From an uncultured Collinsella sp. (lineage in GTDB: Bacteria; Actinomycetota; Coriobacteriia; Coriobacteriales; Coriobacteriaceae): 64,000 nt of DNA. Positions 48,289 to 57,881 of the stretch are shown here, in pieces. A program made the position numbers and the translations under genes. The stretch's first letter is position 1; every line of letters begins with the position of its first letter. The notes under the pieces were generated by a model. That model saw only the letters and a list, made by a program, of their open reading frames with translations. It searched no databases and had not been told where the DNA came from. The DNA lies in assembly GCA_937950415.1 (NCBI GenBank), contig CALFDL010000227.1:15858-79857 (forward strand), written 5' to 3'.

Positions 48289-49614
48289 TTAATGACTCGG
48301 ATTATCGTGCACGGAACTAGCTTGATGCCCTTCGTTGACCTTGTCGGCAACGGCCGTCTTGGCATCCCTGACGGCAGCGAGAGAGCGGTCATGTTTACTG
48401 TTCTCAGCGAGCATGTCGCGAGCCTGTTTCCCGAGCGAGTGCCATTTGGAGATGTCGCATTTCGTGCGCTTGCCGGCCAGGTTTGCATCGATCGAGTTTT
48501 TCATATCCGAAGCCACGGTTGACGCGAATTCCGGGCTGATCGGTACCGCGACGTGGCTTTCATCGACAAACGCCCCGTCCATCGGGTCTCGGGGATCCGA
48601 TTTTTGAGACAGATGGTCACCTGGGTCGAGGAAGAGGATATCCATGATGATCTGCTGCGGCTTCTGGGATGCTGCAATCGCTTCCAGCCTTCCGAGCTGT
48701 TTAGCCGAGATCGCCGTATCCACGGAGATGGCGGTGTTTCCCCTCGCCGATGGATGCCACGCCTGATATTCCTCACGCGACATTCCGGGCCTATATCCTT
48801 GCGGGACGATCAGGCGGCCGTTCTTTTCCTCTAGCACGCCGGAGGTAAACAGGGTCGCTTCGCGCAGGAGGTTCTTTTCCGCGAGATTGCGGAAGGTGGT
48901 TACCCGTGCGAAATTATCCATCGCTTTCTGAACGGGTTTCTCCAGGGATCCAAGGCACTCGAGAATCTGTTTCGCGGAGGGATCCGGGTCTTTTAGGTCA
49001 AATTCCATATCCGAGAAATACTTGCCGGTCTCCACGCCCTCATGGAAGTCCCTGATCGAGTCGATTCCGTCTTTCCCGATGAGGTTCGTGAGTTTTGAAT
49101 AGTTCGTTTCGACTGCTTCCGCGTAACCGGGATGCTGTGGATCGGTTGTCGGTCGCAGCCCATCATGCGCGTCGATGATGCTCAATACGACGGATGTCTT
49201 ATCTGTTTCAACGGGCAGGTGAGCGTATTTGAAATGTTCCGCGTTGCCCGCATAGGAGAGCTTTACATCGAATGCAGGCCCTTTTTCGGAATCTTCGATA
49301 GTGATATCCAGATCAAGGTTCTTATAGACCTGGAGCGGATGGGGCATCTTCACGTAAGCCAACAGTTCCGGCACCAGGCTGCTCTTTGGATAGTTCCCTT
49401 CCGACAGCCATGCGATAAGCGACGGCATCTCGCCTTTGAGTTTACCGATCAGCCTTTGCGTCGTTTCAGGCGAGAACGGATCGTCCGTTTCGTTCCATTC
49501 AGCCAGCGCATTGTGGATGGCGGCGTTCTGGATATGGTTATCGGCCATCTGAGCCACATCGATCAGTACGTTTCCATCGTTGTTTAAGACATTTACCAGG
49601 CCAAGTGTGTTCAT
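48289..49614 (-). CDS. Hypothetical protein with the shared tail
   Basis: AAGGAG RBS; tail DRSLAAVRDAKTAVADKV. Confidence 0.75.
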   Translation of the reverse strand: MNTLGLVNVLNNDGNVLIDVAQMADNHIQNAAIHNALAEWNETDDPFSPETTQRLIGKLKGEMPSLIAWLSEGNYPKSSLVPELLAYVKMPHPLQVYKNLDLDITIEDSEKGPAFDVKLSYAGNAEHFKYAHLPVETDKTSVVLSIIDAHDGLRPTTDPQHPGYAEAVETNYSKLTNLIGKDGIDSIRDFHEGVETGKYFSDMEFDLKDPDPSAKQILECLGSLEKPVQKAMDNFARVTTFRNLAEKNLLREATLFTSGVLEEKNGRLIVPQGYRPGMSREEYQAWHPSARGNTAISVDTAISAKQLGRLEAIAASQKPQQIIMDILFLDPGDHLSQKSDPRDPMDGAFVDESHVAVPISPEFASTVASDMKNSIDANLAGKRTKCDISKWHSLGKQARDMLAENSKHDRSLAAVRDAKTAVADKVNEGHQASSVHDNPSH

Positions 49615-49639
49615 TTCTTAATTCTCCTTTTCAATGGTT

Positions 49640-50596
49640 TTACTGCGAATCGCGGTTGTCGTCGTCATATCTGAGAGTGATGTTGCGCGGTCTATCCCTA
49701 TCTTGCGCGAGCCTATTTCGCCTGCTGTCCGCGACCTTGAAATGCATGGTGCGGTTAAGGGAATTATGTTCCCTTTCGCGATCGGACAGCTTCGGATTTA
49801 TTTCCGCTTTCATCTTGCAAATATAGGATGAAGGTATTATAATATCCATTGAAAGAGCTGCAAGCGCCGGAGGGAATCGTGTCCCACCATAGCGGGGTAG
49901 CTCTTTTTCCATTTGTTCATATTTCTCAGAATCGATATACAGGATCTTTTCCTCGTTTGCAGCACGCGCGAGATATGAAGTGAAGTTGTCACGTCCGTAA
50001 AGGCTGGCTATCACATTGCTGCAGCCGTTATCGTTCGTCTTGGTTCCATACCCGTTTGGGAAAAAGTATGCGATGACCGGGACGCCGTCAGGGTCGTACA
50101 TATCGAGTACGGCGGCGACGCCTTTGCCCTCAAACGATCTACCGTTTACCGTATAGTTCGGCTGGTCGAAAACGACTACCGGCTCTTCGAGCTTTTCCGG
50201 AAGCGATTTGATCTGCTCGATGGTAAGCCCATGCTGATGGCTGTCGGCCTCTTTTGGGGCGATTGCATTCCTGAGATGTCTTTGCGTATAGATAAAGGGC
50301 AGGTTGTCGAATCCGGCTCTCCTGAATACATACGGCGTGTTGGGTCGGGGTTCCAGAACGGCGTGCGGTGACAGCATGCCGCTCAGGCTCGCATCGACAT
50401 CGTAACCGAAATCCAGATATTCCGAACACTGTATCCCATATTGCCTGATTGCCTTGACGTCCATTTCAGGCAATTCGTCTCCTCTGAGCAAAGCGGAGAG
50501 AATCGAGTCGTTGATCGTTCTTTCCGCTTTCGGGCGCTGGATCGAGGATTCGTATTCGCGAATCGTTCGCGCAGCGTTAAGCGTATAGCCATCCAT
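49640..50596 (-). CDS. MuF-C/PBECR-like (BECR nuclease fold) protein
   Basis: TP.V....G...LP....Q.HL......H.HGLT.EQIK.LPE.LE.PV.VF ... IASLYGR, typical of polyvalent-protein nuclease domains. Confidence 0.65.
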   Translation of the reverse strand: MDGYTLNAARTIREYESSIQRPKAERTINDSILSALLRGDELPEMDVKAIRQYGIQCSEYLDFGYDVDASLSGMLSPHAVLEPRPNTPYVFRRAGFDNLPFIYTQRHLRNAIAPKEADSHQHGLTIEQIKSLPEKLEEPVVVFDQPNYTVNGRSFEGKGVAAVLDMYDPDGVPVIAYFFPNGYGTKTNDNGCSNVIASLYGRDNFTSYLARAANEEKILYIDSEKYEQMEKELPRYGGTRFPPALAALSMDIIIPSSYICKMKAEINPKLSDREREHNSLNRTMHFKVADSRRNRLAQDRDRPRNITLRYDDDNRDSQ

Positions 50597-50628
50597 ATCG
50601 TTCCTCCCCTGTAGCTCGACGGCAAGTT

Positions 50629-51111
50629 CTATTTTTCCTGCATGTCTAGTGCAACCGCATCGTTTTTGCGATCGTCATTCACGTGGACGGCCTGCTTCGC
50701 TTTTGCATCCTTTACATCGGAAAGTCCACGGTGGGAATCGGACTTGATACTTTTATATTCCGCACCGATTTGGTCCCAGACGATTTCATCGAGATCGGAC
50801 TGTCCACCGGACTCCCAGATGTTTTCACATGCGTTATCGCGGATCTGGATAGCTTCGTCGATCGTGATATCGGGATATTGCCTCAGTACGGCGTCCGGGC
50901 TTACGGAGATAAATACATCATCTGTCGGCGTCGCGAGTACGTCGATACGTTTCCCGAGCGCAGCGAGCATCTTTTCCATATCATCCGATGACAGGTAGCG
51001 GAAATACTCAGCCGCGCAATCGAGGAAGAATTCCTTCATCTGGTCGAAATCATCGAGATCCGGCACACAGAGGTCCGGATCATCGAACGGGATTTTCTTA
51101 TAATCGTCCAT
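50629..51111 (-). CDS. Hypothetical acidic protein with the shared tail
   Basis: AAGGAG RBS before ATG 51111; tail RGLSDVKDAKAKQAVHV. Confidence 0.7.
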   Translation of the reverse strand: MDDYKKIPFDDPDLCVPDLDDFDQMKEFFLDCAAEYFRYLSSDDMEKMLAALGKRIDVLATPTDDVFISVSPDAVLRQYPDITIDEAIQIRDNACENIWESGGQSDLDEIVWDQIGAEYKSIKSDSHRGLSDVKDAKAKQAVHVNDDRKNDAVALDMQEK

Positions 51112-51127
51112 GTCGGTTCTCCTTTGC

Positions 51128-51994
51128 TTATTTTGTAAGGTCCTGTGGAACTTCCGCATGCTCATGCTGGCTGTTCAAGGCACTTGCCGCGCGTCCGATA
51201 TCTACAGACCGGCCGAGCGGGCTTCGCTGTGACCGTTCCGCTTTGTCGAACCACTGGTTGACGGTCATGCGCGTGAACTGGGTGGTGGTACCGGCTCGTG
51301 CGCAGAGTTTCGCAGAGCTCTGGAGCCGATGGAGAATCGGCTCCGTGACGGCAAACGGGCGGCCTCCGGGGTTGAGGTCCCAGCAGTCTTTTGGAAGCCC
51401 CTCTGAACCGTTCTCAATCGGTTTGGCGTGCATGATAGCGTCTTCGGTAAGCTCAAGGTTCTCCACACACCAGTTATGGTCGTCGACGCATTTCTGTGCG
51501 GCAAGGCAGGCGAGGGTGTCGGAAAGCGAGCCATGCGGGGCGCTCGTCCAGTTGTAGCCGAGACGTTCAGCTGCCATAGAGAGCGGTTGGTATCTATGTC
51601 CCGTATTTGAGTTTCCGAAGGCAGCCATGAATTCTTGCATGGTGTCGATGATTGCGGCATCGGGGTTGATGGTGGCACCGGCGGCCTTCAGGAAACCGAT
51701 ATCGAAGGCTATGTTGTAGCCAACAATCTCGTCGGCGATACGGTCGAGGATGCGGCAGATTTGTTCCATATAGGCATCGATAGTGGTCAGGTGTTCCACG
51801 TCATCCGGGGAAATGTGGTTCACCGCCTGGGCTTCCGGCCACTCCTTTTTGTGTTTCGGCTTGAACCTCTCATCGAAGAGAAGCCGTCCGTTGGCATCTA
51901 CGATAGTGAGTGACAAGATCTCGTCGCCCTCCTCGGGATGCAGGCCGGTAGTCTCCGTATCGAGGTAGACGCGGTTGGGATTGTTGCTGCTCAT
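51128..51994 (-). CDS. DEDDh 3'-5' exonuclease (DnaQ-like)
   Basis: LDTETTGL, GYNIAFDIGFL, IDTM and HGSLSD motifs. Confidence 0.9.
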   Translation of the reverse strand: MSSNNPNRVYLDTETTGLHPEEGDEILSLTIVDANGRLLFDERFKPKHKKEWPEAQAVNHISPDDVEHLTTIDAYMEQICRILDRIADEIVGYNIAFDIGFLKAAGATINPDAAIIDTMQEFMAAFGNSNTGHRYQPLSMAAERLGYNWTSAPHGSLSDTLACLAAQKCVDDHNWCVENLELTEDAIMHAKPIENGSEGLPKDCWDLNPGGRPFAVTEPILHRLQSSAKLCARAGTTTQFTRMTVNQWFDKAERSQRSPLGRSVDIGRAASALNSQHEHAEVPQDLTK

Positions 51995-51996
51995 GG

Positions 51997-53370
51997 CTAC
52001 TTTACCTCCTTGTCTTTTGCAATATCGTTCCTGTCGACGTTTCGATCTGCATCGAGGCGCCCCGACGACTCCCTTGCATTGCAGGTTTTTTCGGAAACGC
52101 TCTTGGTTTTAGACGGTTCCTTTTTGCAGGTGCCGACATAGTGCCCGGCGCCCACACCGGTGATGACGAAGTCTTCCCCGTTGTCTTCCCTGCCGATCAT
52201 GTCCACGAGTTCATTCTGGGTATAGCCGGAGAACGTAACGCTATCGTCGATGGCAAGACCGCAGGTGTCCTCGAAACTGAAATTCGTCTCGATAATCTCA
52301 GCTGGGTCATCCTTCCAGTACATCTGGACAGGCATGATGAATACACTGATTTTATTTGGTACCTTGTAGTCCTTAATCGCGTACTCCGGAAACATATCGA
52401 GGACGGCATCGAGTTTCTGCGAATCCTCGAAGGTCTTGCCGGCGAGAAGGCCATACTGTTTACCGGAAATATCGACGATGGTCTCGGTGGCGTTCGTCTC
52501 GATACCGGAGAGCTCGATCTTCGGAACGAGCGCGAAGTTATAGCCTACCTTCACGGCGACCAGCTTATAGTCGTCGGGGGTATTCGCATCCATGAATTCT
52601 TGCGTGTTGCGCATCTGGGAGATCACGTCGGCGTCAAACGTGAATGCCGGATAGGAGCAGGAACCGGAATGGGAGACGATGTCTTCCACGGTTCCGAGCC
52701 CATAGATAGCCTCGATGATTGCCGGGTTATACATGTTGTTCATGTCGAGGAAAACAGTCCTGTCGTTCTGGCATGGATTGTTTAGGTTGACGGAGATATC
52801 TGCCCAGCGCTCTCCGAAATTATCGCTTTCCGGCGTGACGTCGTAAGCGCCGACATAGAGGCTGCCGTTATCGAGATAGCTGTCGCAGACGAGCTCGAGC
52901 TTATATTTCTCCCCGAAGTTTTCCACATCGAACGTGACTCCGCGCTTCACGAAATCTGGATCGTTCCAGACGATCTCTCCGTTAGAGTCGATAAGCTCAG
53001 GGTACTGTTCGCGCACGTTCATGATTTCCTGTTCATCCAGGTAATCCGGACCTGCCTGTGTCATGTAGCACTCGGCGTAATCATCGGCGACAGACGACAT
53101 CGCCATGCGGTCGATCCAGCCGAACTCATCCTTATGTTCGATGATCTCCTTGGTCGATACACCGTTCTGCAAAGCCATGAAGGTCGAGCGTTCCCGGTCA
53201 GAAGGAAGGGTATCGCACCAACGTTCTTCTGAAACGTAGCCTGGGGAATCCAGGTGGTATACGTTGCCGAATGGTACGGCATAATCGCGGACATGGCCCT
53301 CGAGGATATCTTCCTTCTCCGCATACCAGCTTTCGAGTTCATCTGCAGTCTTGATGTCTTTGTATTCCAT
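51997..53370 (-). CDS. Multidomain protein with a DUF4313-like domain and the shared tail
   Basis: Y..NGSLYV...WADISVNL...FLD.NN...SG.CSYP...FD; tail SVSEKTCNARESSGRL. Confidence 0.7.
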   Translation of the reverse strand: MEYKDIKTADELESWYAEKEDILEGHVRDYAVPFGNVYHLDSPGYVSEERWCDTLPSDRERSTFMALQNGVSTKEIIEHKDEFGWIDRMAMSSVADDYAECYMTQAGPDYLDEQEIMNVREQYPELIDSNGEIVWNDPDFVKRGVTFDVENFGEKYKLELVCDSYLDNGSLYVGAYDVTPESDNFGERWADISVNLNNPCQNDRTVFLDMNNMYNPAIIEAIYGLGTVEDIVSHSGSCSYPAFTFDADVISQMRNTQEFMDANTPDDYKLVAVKVGYNFALVPKIELSGIETNATETIVDISGKQYGLLAGKTFEDSQKLDAVLDMFPEYAIKDYKVPNKISVFIMPVQMYWKDDPAEIIETNFSFEDTCGLAIDDSVTFSGYTQNELVDMIGREDNGEDFVITGVGAGHYVGTCKKEPSKTKSVSEKTCNARESSGRLDADRNVDRNDIAKDKEVK

Positions 53371-54262
53371 GCTCTTTTGCTCCTGTATTTTCAAATCTAG
53401 TCAGAGTGTTACTTTGATTCCTCGTCATGGATAGGGATACCTGCCTTCGGCTCCCGCTCGGCATCCAGACGACCAGCGGCCGTCTTCGCCTTTGCCTGTT
53501 TGTCCGACAGCCGCCTGCCATGGGCGGGATTTTTTTCTCGGTAAGGATGCTGGACTGTGGACCCACACCGGTGATGACGAAATCTTCCCCGTTGTCTTCC
53601 CTGCCGATCATGTCCACCAGCTCGTTTTCGTTGTAGCCGGAGAATGTGATCTGTTCGTCAATGGCAAGACCGTAGGTGTCCTCGAAACTGAAATTCGTCT
53701 CGATAATCTCAGATGGGTCATCCTTCCAGTACATCTGGACAGGCATGACGGAGATCCAGGACTGATCGGGGTTTTTATGATCGTTGAGTTCGTATCCTGG
53801 GAAATTATCGGGACCGGCAGTCTTCTCATTCCCCTGCTTTGTAAAGTCGGGATCGTTCCAGATGATTTCTCCGTCTGGACCGATAAGCTCTGGATAGAGC
53901 TCGCGCACGTTCATGATTTCTTGCTCCTGCATGTACTCCTTGCGGGCCGGCACGATAAAGCAAGGAGCCAGGTCGTGTTCCTCGGCATCGCGGCAGGCAC
54001 GGTCGATCCAGCCGAACTCATCCTTATGTTCGATGATCTCCTTGGTCGATACACCGTTCTGGATAGCCTGAAACGCGGTCTGTTCCTCTGCAGTTGGAAG
54101 GGTGTCGTTCCACCGCTCGAACGAAACATACCCGGAGCAGTCCAGATGGTACACGAAACCGAAGGGCACCATGTAGTCACGGGCGTGACGATCGAGGACC
54201 GCCTGCTTATCCGCATACCAGCTTTCGAGTTCATCTGCAGTCTTGATGTCTTTGTATTCCAT
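53339..54262 (-). CDS. Paralog of 51997..53370 lacking the DUF4313-like module; native tail is out of frame
   Basis: Near-identical N- and C-terminal DNA modules. One extra A in the A7 tract at 53530-53536 restores RRLSDKQAKAKTAAGRLDAE...EESK* ending at 53409. Confidence 0.7.
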   Translation of the reverse strand: MEYKDIKTADELESWYADKQAVLDRHARDYMVPFGFVYHLDCSGYVSFERWNDTLPTAEEQTAFQAIQNGVSTKEIIEHKDEFGWIDRACRDAEEHDLAPCFIVPARKEYMQEQEIMNVRELYPELIGPDGEIIWNDPDFTKQGNEKTAGPDNFPGYELNDHKNPDQSWISVMPVQMYWKDDPSEIIETNFSFEDTYGLAIDEQITFSGYNENELVDMIGREDNGEDFVITGVGPQSSILTEKKIPPMAGGCRTNRQRRRRPLVVWMPSGSRRQVSLSMTRNQSNTLTRFENTGAKEHGIQRHQDCR

Positions 54263-54268
54263 AATCGG

Positions 54269-55600
54269 CTATTCCCTTTCCATATTCTTGCCATTGGGGA
54301 TTTCCGTGTTTGGGTTGTCGAGATGAGCGGCGCTTATGGCACATGCATCGCGCTTGGCTTCTAGACCGCTCTTTGCAGGTTCCTGTTTCTCATCGCGAGT
54401 CGGCGTGACGCTGACGGAACCGCAGAAAGGGTCGCTGAAGGCACTGACATCTTGGGGGCTGTGGTACATTCCGCGCAGACCCTCCTTGGTCTCAGGGCCA
54501 CTGTAGTCATCCATGGCGATCCAGATACGGTTCATCGGGATTTCAAATGGTTTATCGAGGTCGACCATCATATAACCCGCGCCGTAGACGGGATCGTGGA
54601 TACCGATATACGGTTCGTATGTTCCCGGGGAGACGATAAAAGCATGACCGGTATCGACTGTGTGTCCGCTCATATAGCGTGAGTCCATGCATGCCACGGC
54701 ATCGAGAAAGACGGAAGAGGGGACTTTAGCCATAAGGGAAATAGTCGTCTCGTTTACCGCCGATGCCTCGAAAAGCTCGTCCCGCATGGTGCGTTCGAAT
54801 TTAGTGGTCGGGTAGTTCACCAGTTTCTCGACGGCGGTGCCCTGTGATGCGCACAGCTCATCGATGATTGTCGTACCGATATCCGCCGGGCGTTCGTAAG
54901 CCATGTAGTTGGGAACTTTGCCATAATCTAAATTGTTCTCTGCGTCCTCGATAACCTCGAGGTTTTCTTCGCACCAGTCGCATACGCTCTGGATCAGCCT
55001 GTATCCGTCCATGCTGTCGACCTTCTCAGTCAGAATGAGCGTCATATCGAACTGCATGGCATCGATCATCTGGTCGCATTGGAATCCATACTGGATATTG
55101 AATCTCTCGGAGACATCCGCGTTCAGCGCATCGTGGTCCAACTCATACTCTCCGGGCACGAGGACCCCGCGGGCAAGGCCGGCAGATTCGATATATCCGG
55201 CAAATTTATTGAGGATTTCCGCGCACTGGGAGGAAAGGGCATCCAGATAGGTCCAGGATGTGGACAGTTCGTTGTCGAGTGCCATAGAGAGTGCCGACTT
55301 GAGGTCGGCCGGCATTACCTGTCCGTTCTTGATTTTCTCCTCGTCGATATATCCGCTCGCCCAGTCGAGGTCGCGGTCACCGAGGAATCCGGCGACGATG
55401 TGCTTGCAGTAATCCTCGTTCTCGTGTGTCATATACGGATCGAGGAGTAGCGCCTTGCGCTCCATGATATTCTTCTTATCATTTTTCGGATCGATTGTCG
55501 ACCAGTCAAGCGCCTCGCTTAGCATATCGGCAGCTTTCTCTTCGCCGAACAGATCGACGACGTCGTTGTAGGTTCTGATTTTCGTCTTGATTTCACTCAT
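54269..55600 (-). CDS. Hypothetical acidic protein with the shared tail
   Basis: AAGGAG RBS; tail SGLEAKRDACAISAAHL. Confidence 0.75.
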   Translation of the reverse strand: MSEIKTKIRTYNDVVDLFGEEKAADMLSEALDWSTIDPKNDKKNIMERKALLLDPYMTHENEDYCKHIVAGFLGDRDLDWASGYIDEEKIKNGQVMPADLKSALSMALDNELSTSWTYLDALSSQCAEILNKFAGYIESAGLARGVLVPGEYELDHDALNADVSERFNIQYGFQCDQMIDAMQFDMTLILTEKVDSMDGYRLIQSVCDWCEENLEVIEDAENNLDYGKVPNYMAYERPADIGTTIIDELCASQGTAVEKLVNYPTTKFERTMRDELFEASAVNETTISLMAKVPSSVFLDAVACMDSRYMSGHTVDTGHAFIVSPGTYEPYIGIHDPVYGAGYMMVDLDKPFEIPMNRIWIAMDDYSGPETKEGLRGMYHSPQDVSAFSDPFCGSVSVTPTRDEKQEPAKSGLEAKRDACAISAAHLDNPNTEIPNGKNMERE

Positions 55601-55612
55601 ATCGGTTCTCCT

Positions 55613-56194
55613 TTACCGGGCGATTTCATTCTGTCCGCAAACGGGCGCATTGCCGCCGATGTGCGCAAGCGACTCGATACAGGACGCCTTTTTGGCAGCG
55701 AGGCCGGCTTGGTCGGGAAGGACGCTCTTGCGGCGCTCGGCGATATCGATGTCGGCGTTTGCACGGATAGTTTCAGATGTCATGTCGCAAGTGGAATCTT
55801 TCGGCAGGGCATCGATTGCAATGGCGAGGGCGATCAGGTAATTCGTGTCATGTTCATTGACCACCTCTCGGAATACCTGGTAAGGCAGTGATGCTGCCGT
55901 TCCGGGCATACCCTCGGCAAGTACATATCCGTCGGCGGTGTCTTCAAATTCGGGATGTATGGTGGAAGAGGAGATGCCCCATCCGCCGAGAACATCGCGT
56001 TCCCAGACCTCCGCGATGATATTCCATCCGCGGTCGTTGGCTGGATCGTCGATAGCGCGACAGTAGAGGAATTTCGGCTGCATGTTCGATTCTTTGACGA
56101 TCCATGCGTAGGCATGGTGCACGATATCATTGGCTGCGGCAGGGCAGAAGTAGTTCTGGAAGCGATCAGGGGTTTTCTTCGTTCCGGTTTGCAT
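55613..56194 (-). CDS. Hypothetical protein with the shared tail
   Basis: GGAGG RBS; tail AGLAAKKASCIESLAHI. Confidence 0.7.
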   Translation of the reverse strand: MQTGTKKTPDRFQNYFCPAAANDIVHHAYAWIVKESNMQPKFLYCRAIDDPANDRGWNIIAEVWERDVLGGWGISSSTIHPEFEDTADGYVLAEGMPGTAASLPYQVFREVVNEHDTNYLIALAIAIDALPKDSTCDMTSETIRANADIDIAERRKSVLPDQAGLAAKKASCIESLAHIGGNAPVCGQNEIAR

Positions 56195-56222
56195 GTTACC
56201 CTCCGTTCCGGCGGCGTGTTTT

Positions 56223-56236
56223 GTAAGATTCTACCA
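56223..56236 (-). promoter_or_regulatory. TGGTAGAATCTTAC motif, copy 4
   Basis: Heads the 56194-48289 operon. Confidence 0.75.
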
Positions 56237-56352
56237 CTTTGGCTGCGTTTCGCCTATATATCGATGACGGATACGGTATGTCATCTGCAAAAGGTATCGT
56301 GTAGAAGGGCACGGGGGCTCACCGAAGCGGCGAGTCCCCGTGTTTGTGCCGT

Positions 56353-57171
56353 CTATCTGTCCCGTAATGGCGAGTCAGGTGCGTCCTGGTCATGATTCAG
56401 ATTCCTTGCCGCATCCGTGGCCGCTGCATGGCGTTCCGTGAGTCCCCGCGGATTGTGGGTTTGCACGAGGTCGTCCTTATGCAGGCGGACGTCGCATTCC
56501 TTGACATATTTGAGAAACGTCGGATGCGTGATGCCGAGCTTCGTTGCGGCGGATCTTGCCGAGATGTCTCCGTTCTTAAACTCGCTGTAGAGACGGTCGA
56601 ATCCCTTGGGAAGGGGTTTCAATCCCCTTCCTCGGGTATCCTGTGCATTCGTGATCTTGTTCACATGATAGGAGAATGCCTGTTGGCTCAAGCCGGCGAT
56701 CTTGGCGGCCTGGGCTTGGCTTAGGTCCCAGTTCTGATATCTGCCGAAGGCCTCTCGGAACCGTAAATCATATCCGTCCAGGGGATCGCTAAGTGACTCT
56801 TTCAGCTCCGTCTCGATATCGGAAGGCATATCGATAAGCTCACCGGTCTCATCACGTGAGAGGGCGACGATATTGCCGAAAATGAGAGAGAAGGGCTTAC
56901 CGTCGTTTGTTCCGACGATGAGGCTCTTTTCAGACAGGAAGCCCGAGTCATCCATGAAGGCATCGGGGTTGATGGCGCGGTTTGGCAGCAAACTGTCTGC
57001 ACCGGCGGCATTCACATAGATATCCACATCGGCGAACGTGGCACCGAGTTCGTCATATTCGCCTTGGACTGCCTCACGGATGTCTCGATATGGTCTGTCC
57101 CTGTCGGCGAGAAAGACCTGTGCCTCCCTACCGACAGGGAAGATCAGGCCTTTGACTTTGTTGGATTCCAT
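56353..57171 (-). CDS. DUF3846-like domain plus HTH motifs, with the shared tail
   Basis: Paralog of the 57216 gene at the N-terminus; LSQAQAAKIAGLSQQAFS and SARSAATKLGITHPTF HTHs; tail RGLTERHAAATDAARNL. Confidence 0.7.
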   Translation of the reverse strand: MESNKVKGLIFPVGREAQVFLADRDRPYRDIREAVQGEYDELGATFADVDIYVNAAGADSLLPNRAINPDAFMDDSGFLSEKSLIVGTNDGKPFSLIFGNIVALSRDETGELIDMPSDIETELKESLSDPLDGYDLRFREAFGRYQNWDLSQAQAAKIAGLSQQAFSYHVNKITNAQDTRGRGLKPLPKGFDRLYSEFKNGDISARSAATKLGITHPTFLKYVKECDVRLHKDDLVQTHNPRGLTERHAAATDAARNLNHDQDAPDSPLRDR

Positions 57172-57215
57172 CGTTTCACCGCCTTGTTTCTTTAAAACGA
57201 TTCATACAGTTCTGG

Positions 57216-57851
57216 TTAGTGACCGATTGGATACTCACGGTCGATTGGACGCGAATTGCCGATATCGCTACCGCTGTCGTCGTGGTTGCCCTCGTCCTGG
57301 CTGAGTACTAATGAACTCTCCCTGGCTTCTGTAGCGACTTCGGCGAGAGACTTCGTAGATTTCTCATGCTTGTCGCCGGCGGCGTGCTCATTCTGAAGCT
57401 GATATCGATCCGGTTCGATGCCGTACTTAATATGAATATACTCTTTGTAACCGGTGGACGGGTCCGCAAAGGTCTCTTTCAGCTTGTCGATCGTCTCCTG
57501 AGGAAGGCTTGCGATTTCGCCTTCCTCGTCGACACCGAATGCGACGAAATCACCGCAGATTAGCGAATAGAGCTCCCCTTCCTTGACCGGATGACCGAAC
57601 GTCAGCTGGTCGAGATATCCGACTTCCTCCATATGCTTCGTCGCATAGATGGCGCGATTGGGTTGGCTGCCGTTGAATAGGCCTTCATCATTGACCCACA
57701 GGTCAACTCCATTACCGAGAACTCTCAATACTTCAACGTTGCCGTTGACGAGGTCCTGCAGTTCGGCCAGCGAGTTATTCTTATCGATCCAAACCTCGAA
57801 CGGCTTCGATCCGACGGGGATTAAAAGGCCGTGAGCTTGCATTTCGTTCAT
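57216..57851 (-). CDS. DUF3846 domain protein with the shared tail
   Basis: LAELQDLVNGNVE, WVNDEG, PNRAI, ICGDFV and GEIASL motifs; AAGGAGG RBS; tail KSLAEVATEARESSLVL. Confidence 0.8.
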   Translation of the reverse strand: MNEMQAHGLLIPVGSKPFEVWIDKNNSLAELQDLVNGNVEVLRVLGNGVDLWVNDEGLFNGSQPNRAIYATKHMEEVGYLDQLTFGHPVKEGELYSLICGDFVAFGVDEEGEIASLPQETIDKLKETFADPSTGYKEYIHIKYGIEPDRYQLQNEHAAGDKHEKSTKSLAEVATEARESSLVLSQDEGNHDDSGSDIGNSRPIDREYPIGH

Positions 57852-57881
57852 ACGGGGTACCTCCTTGCGTCTTGATGCTTG

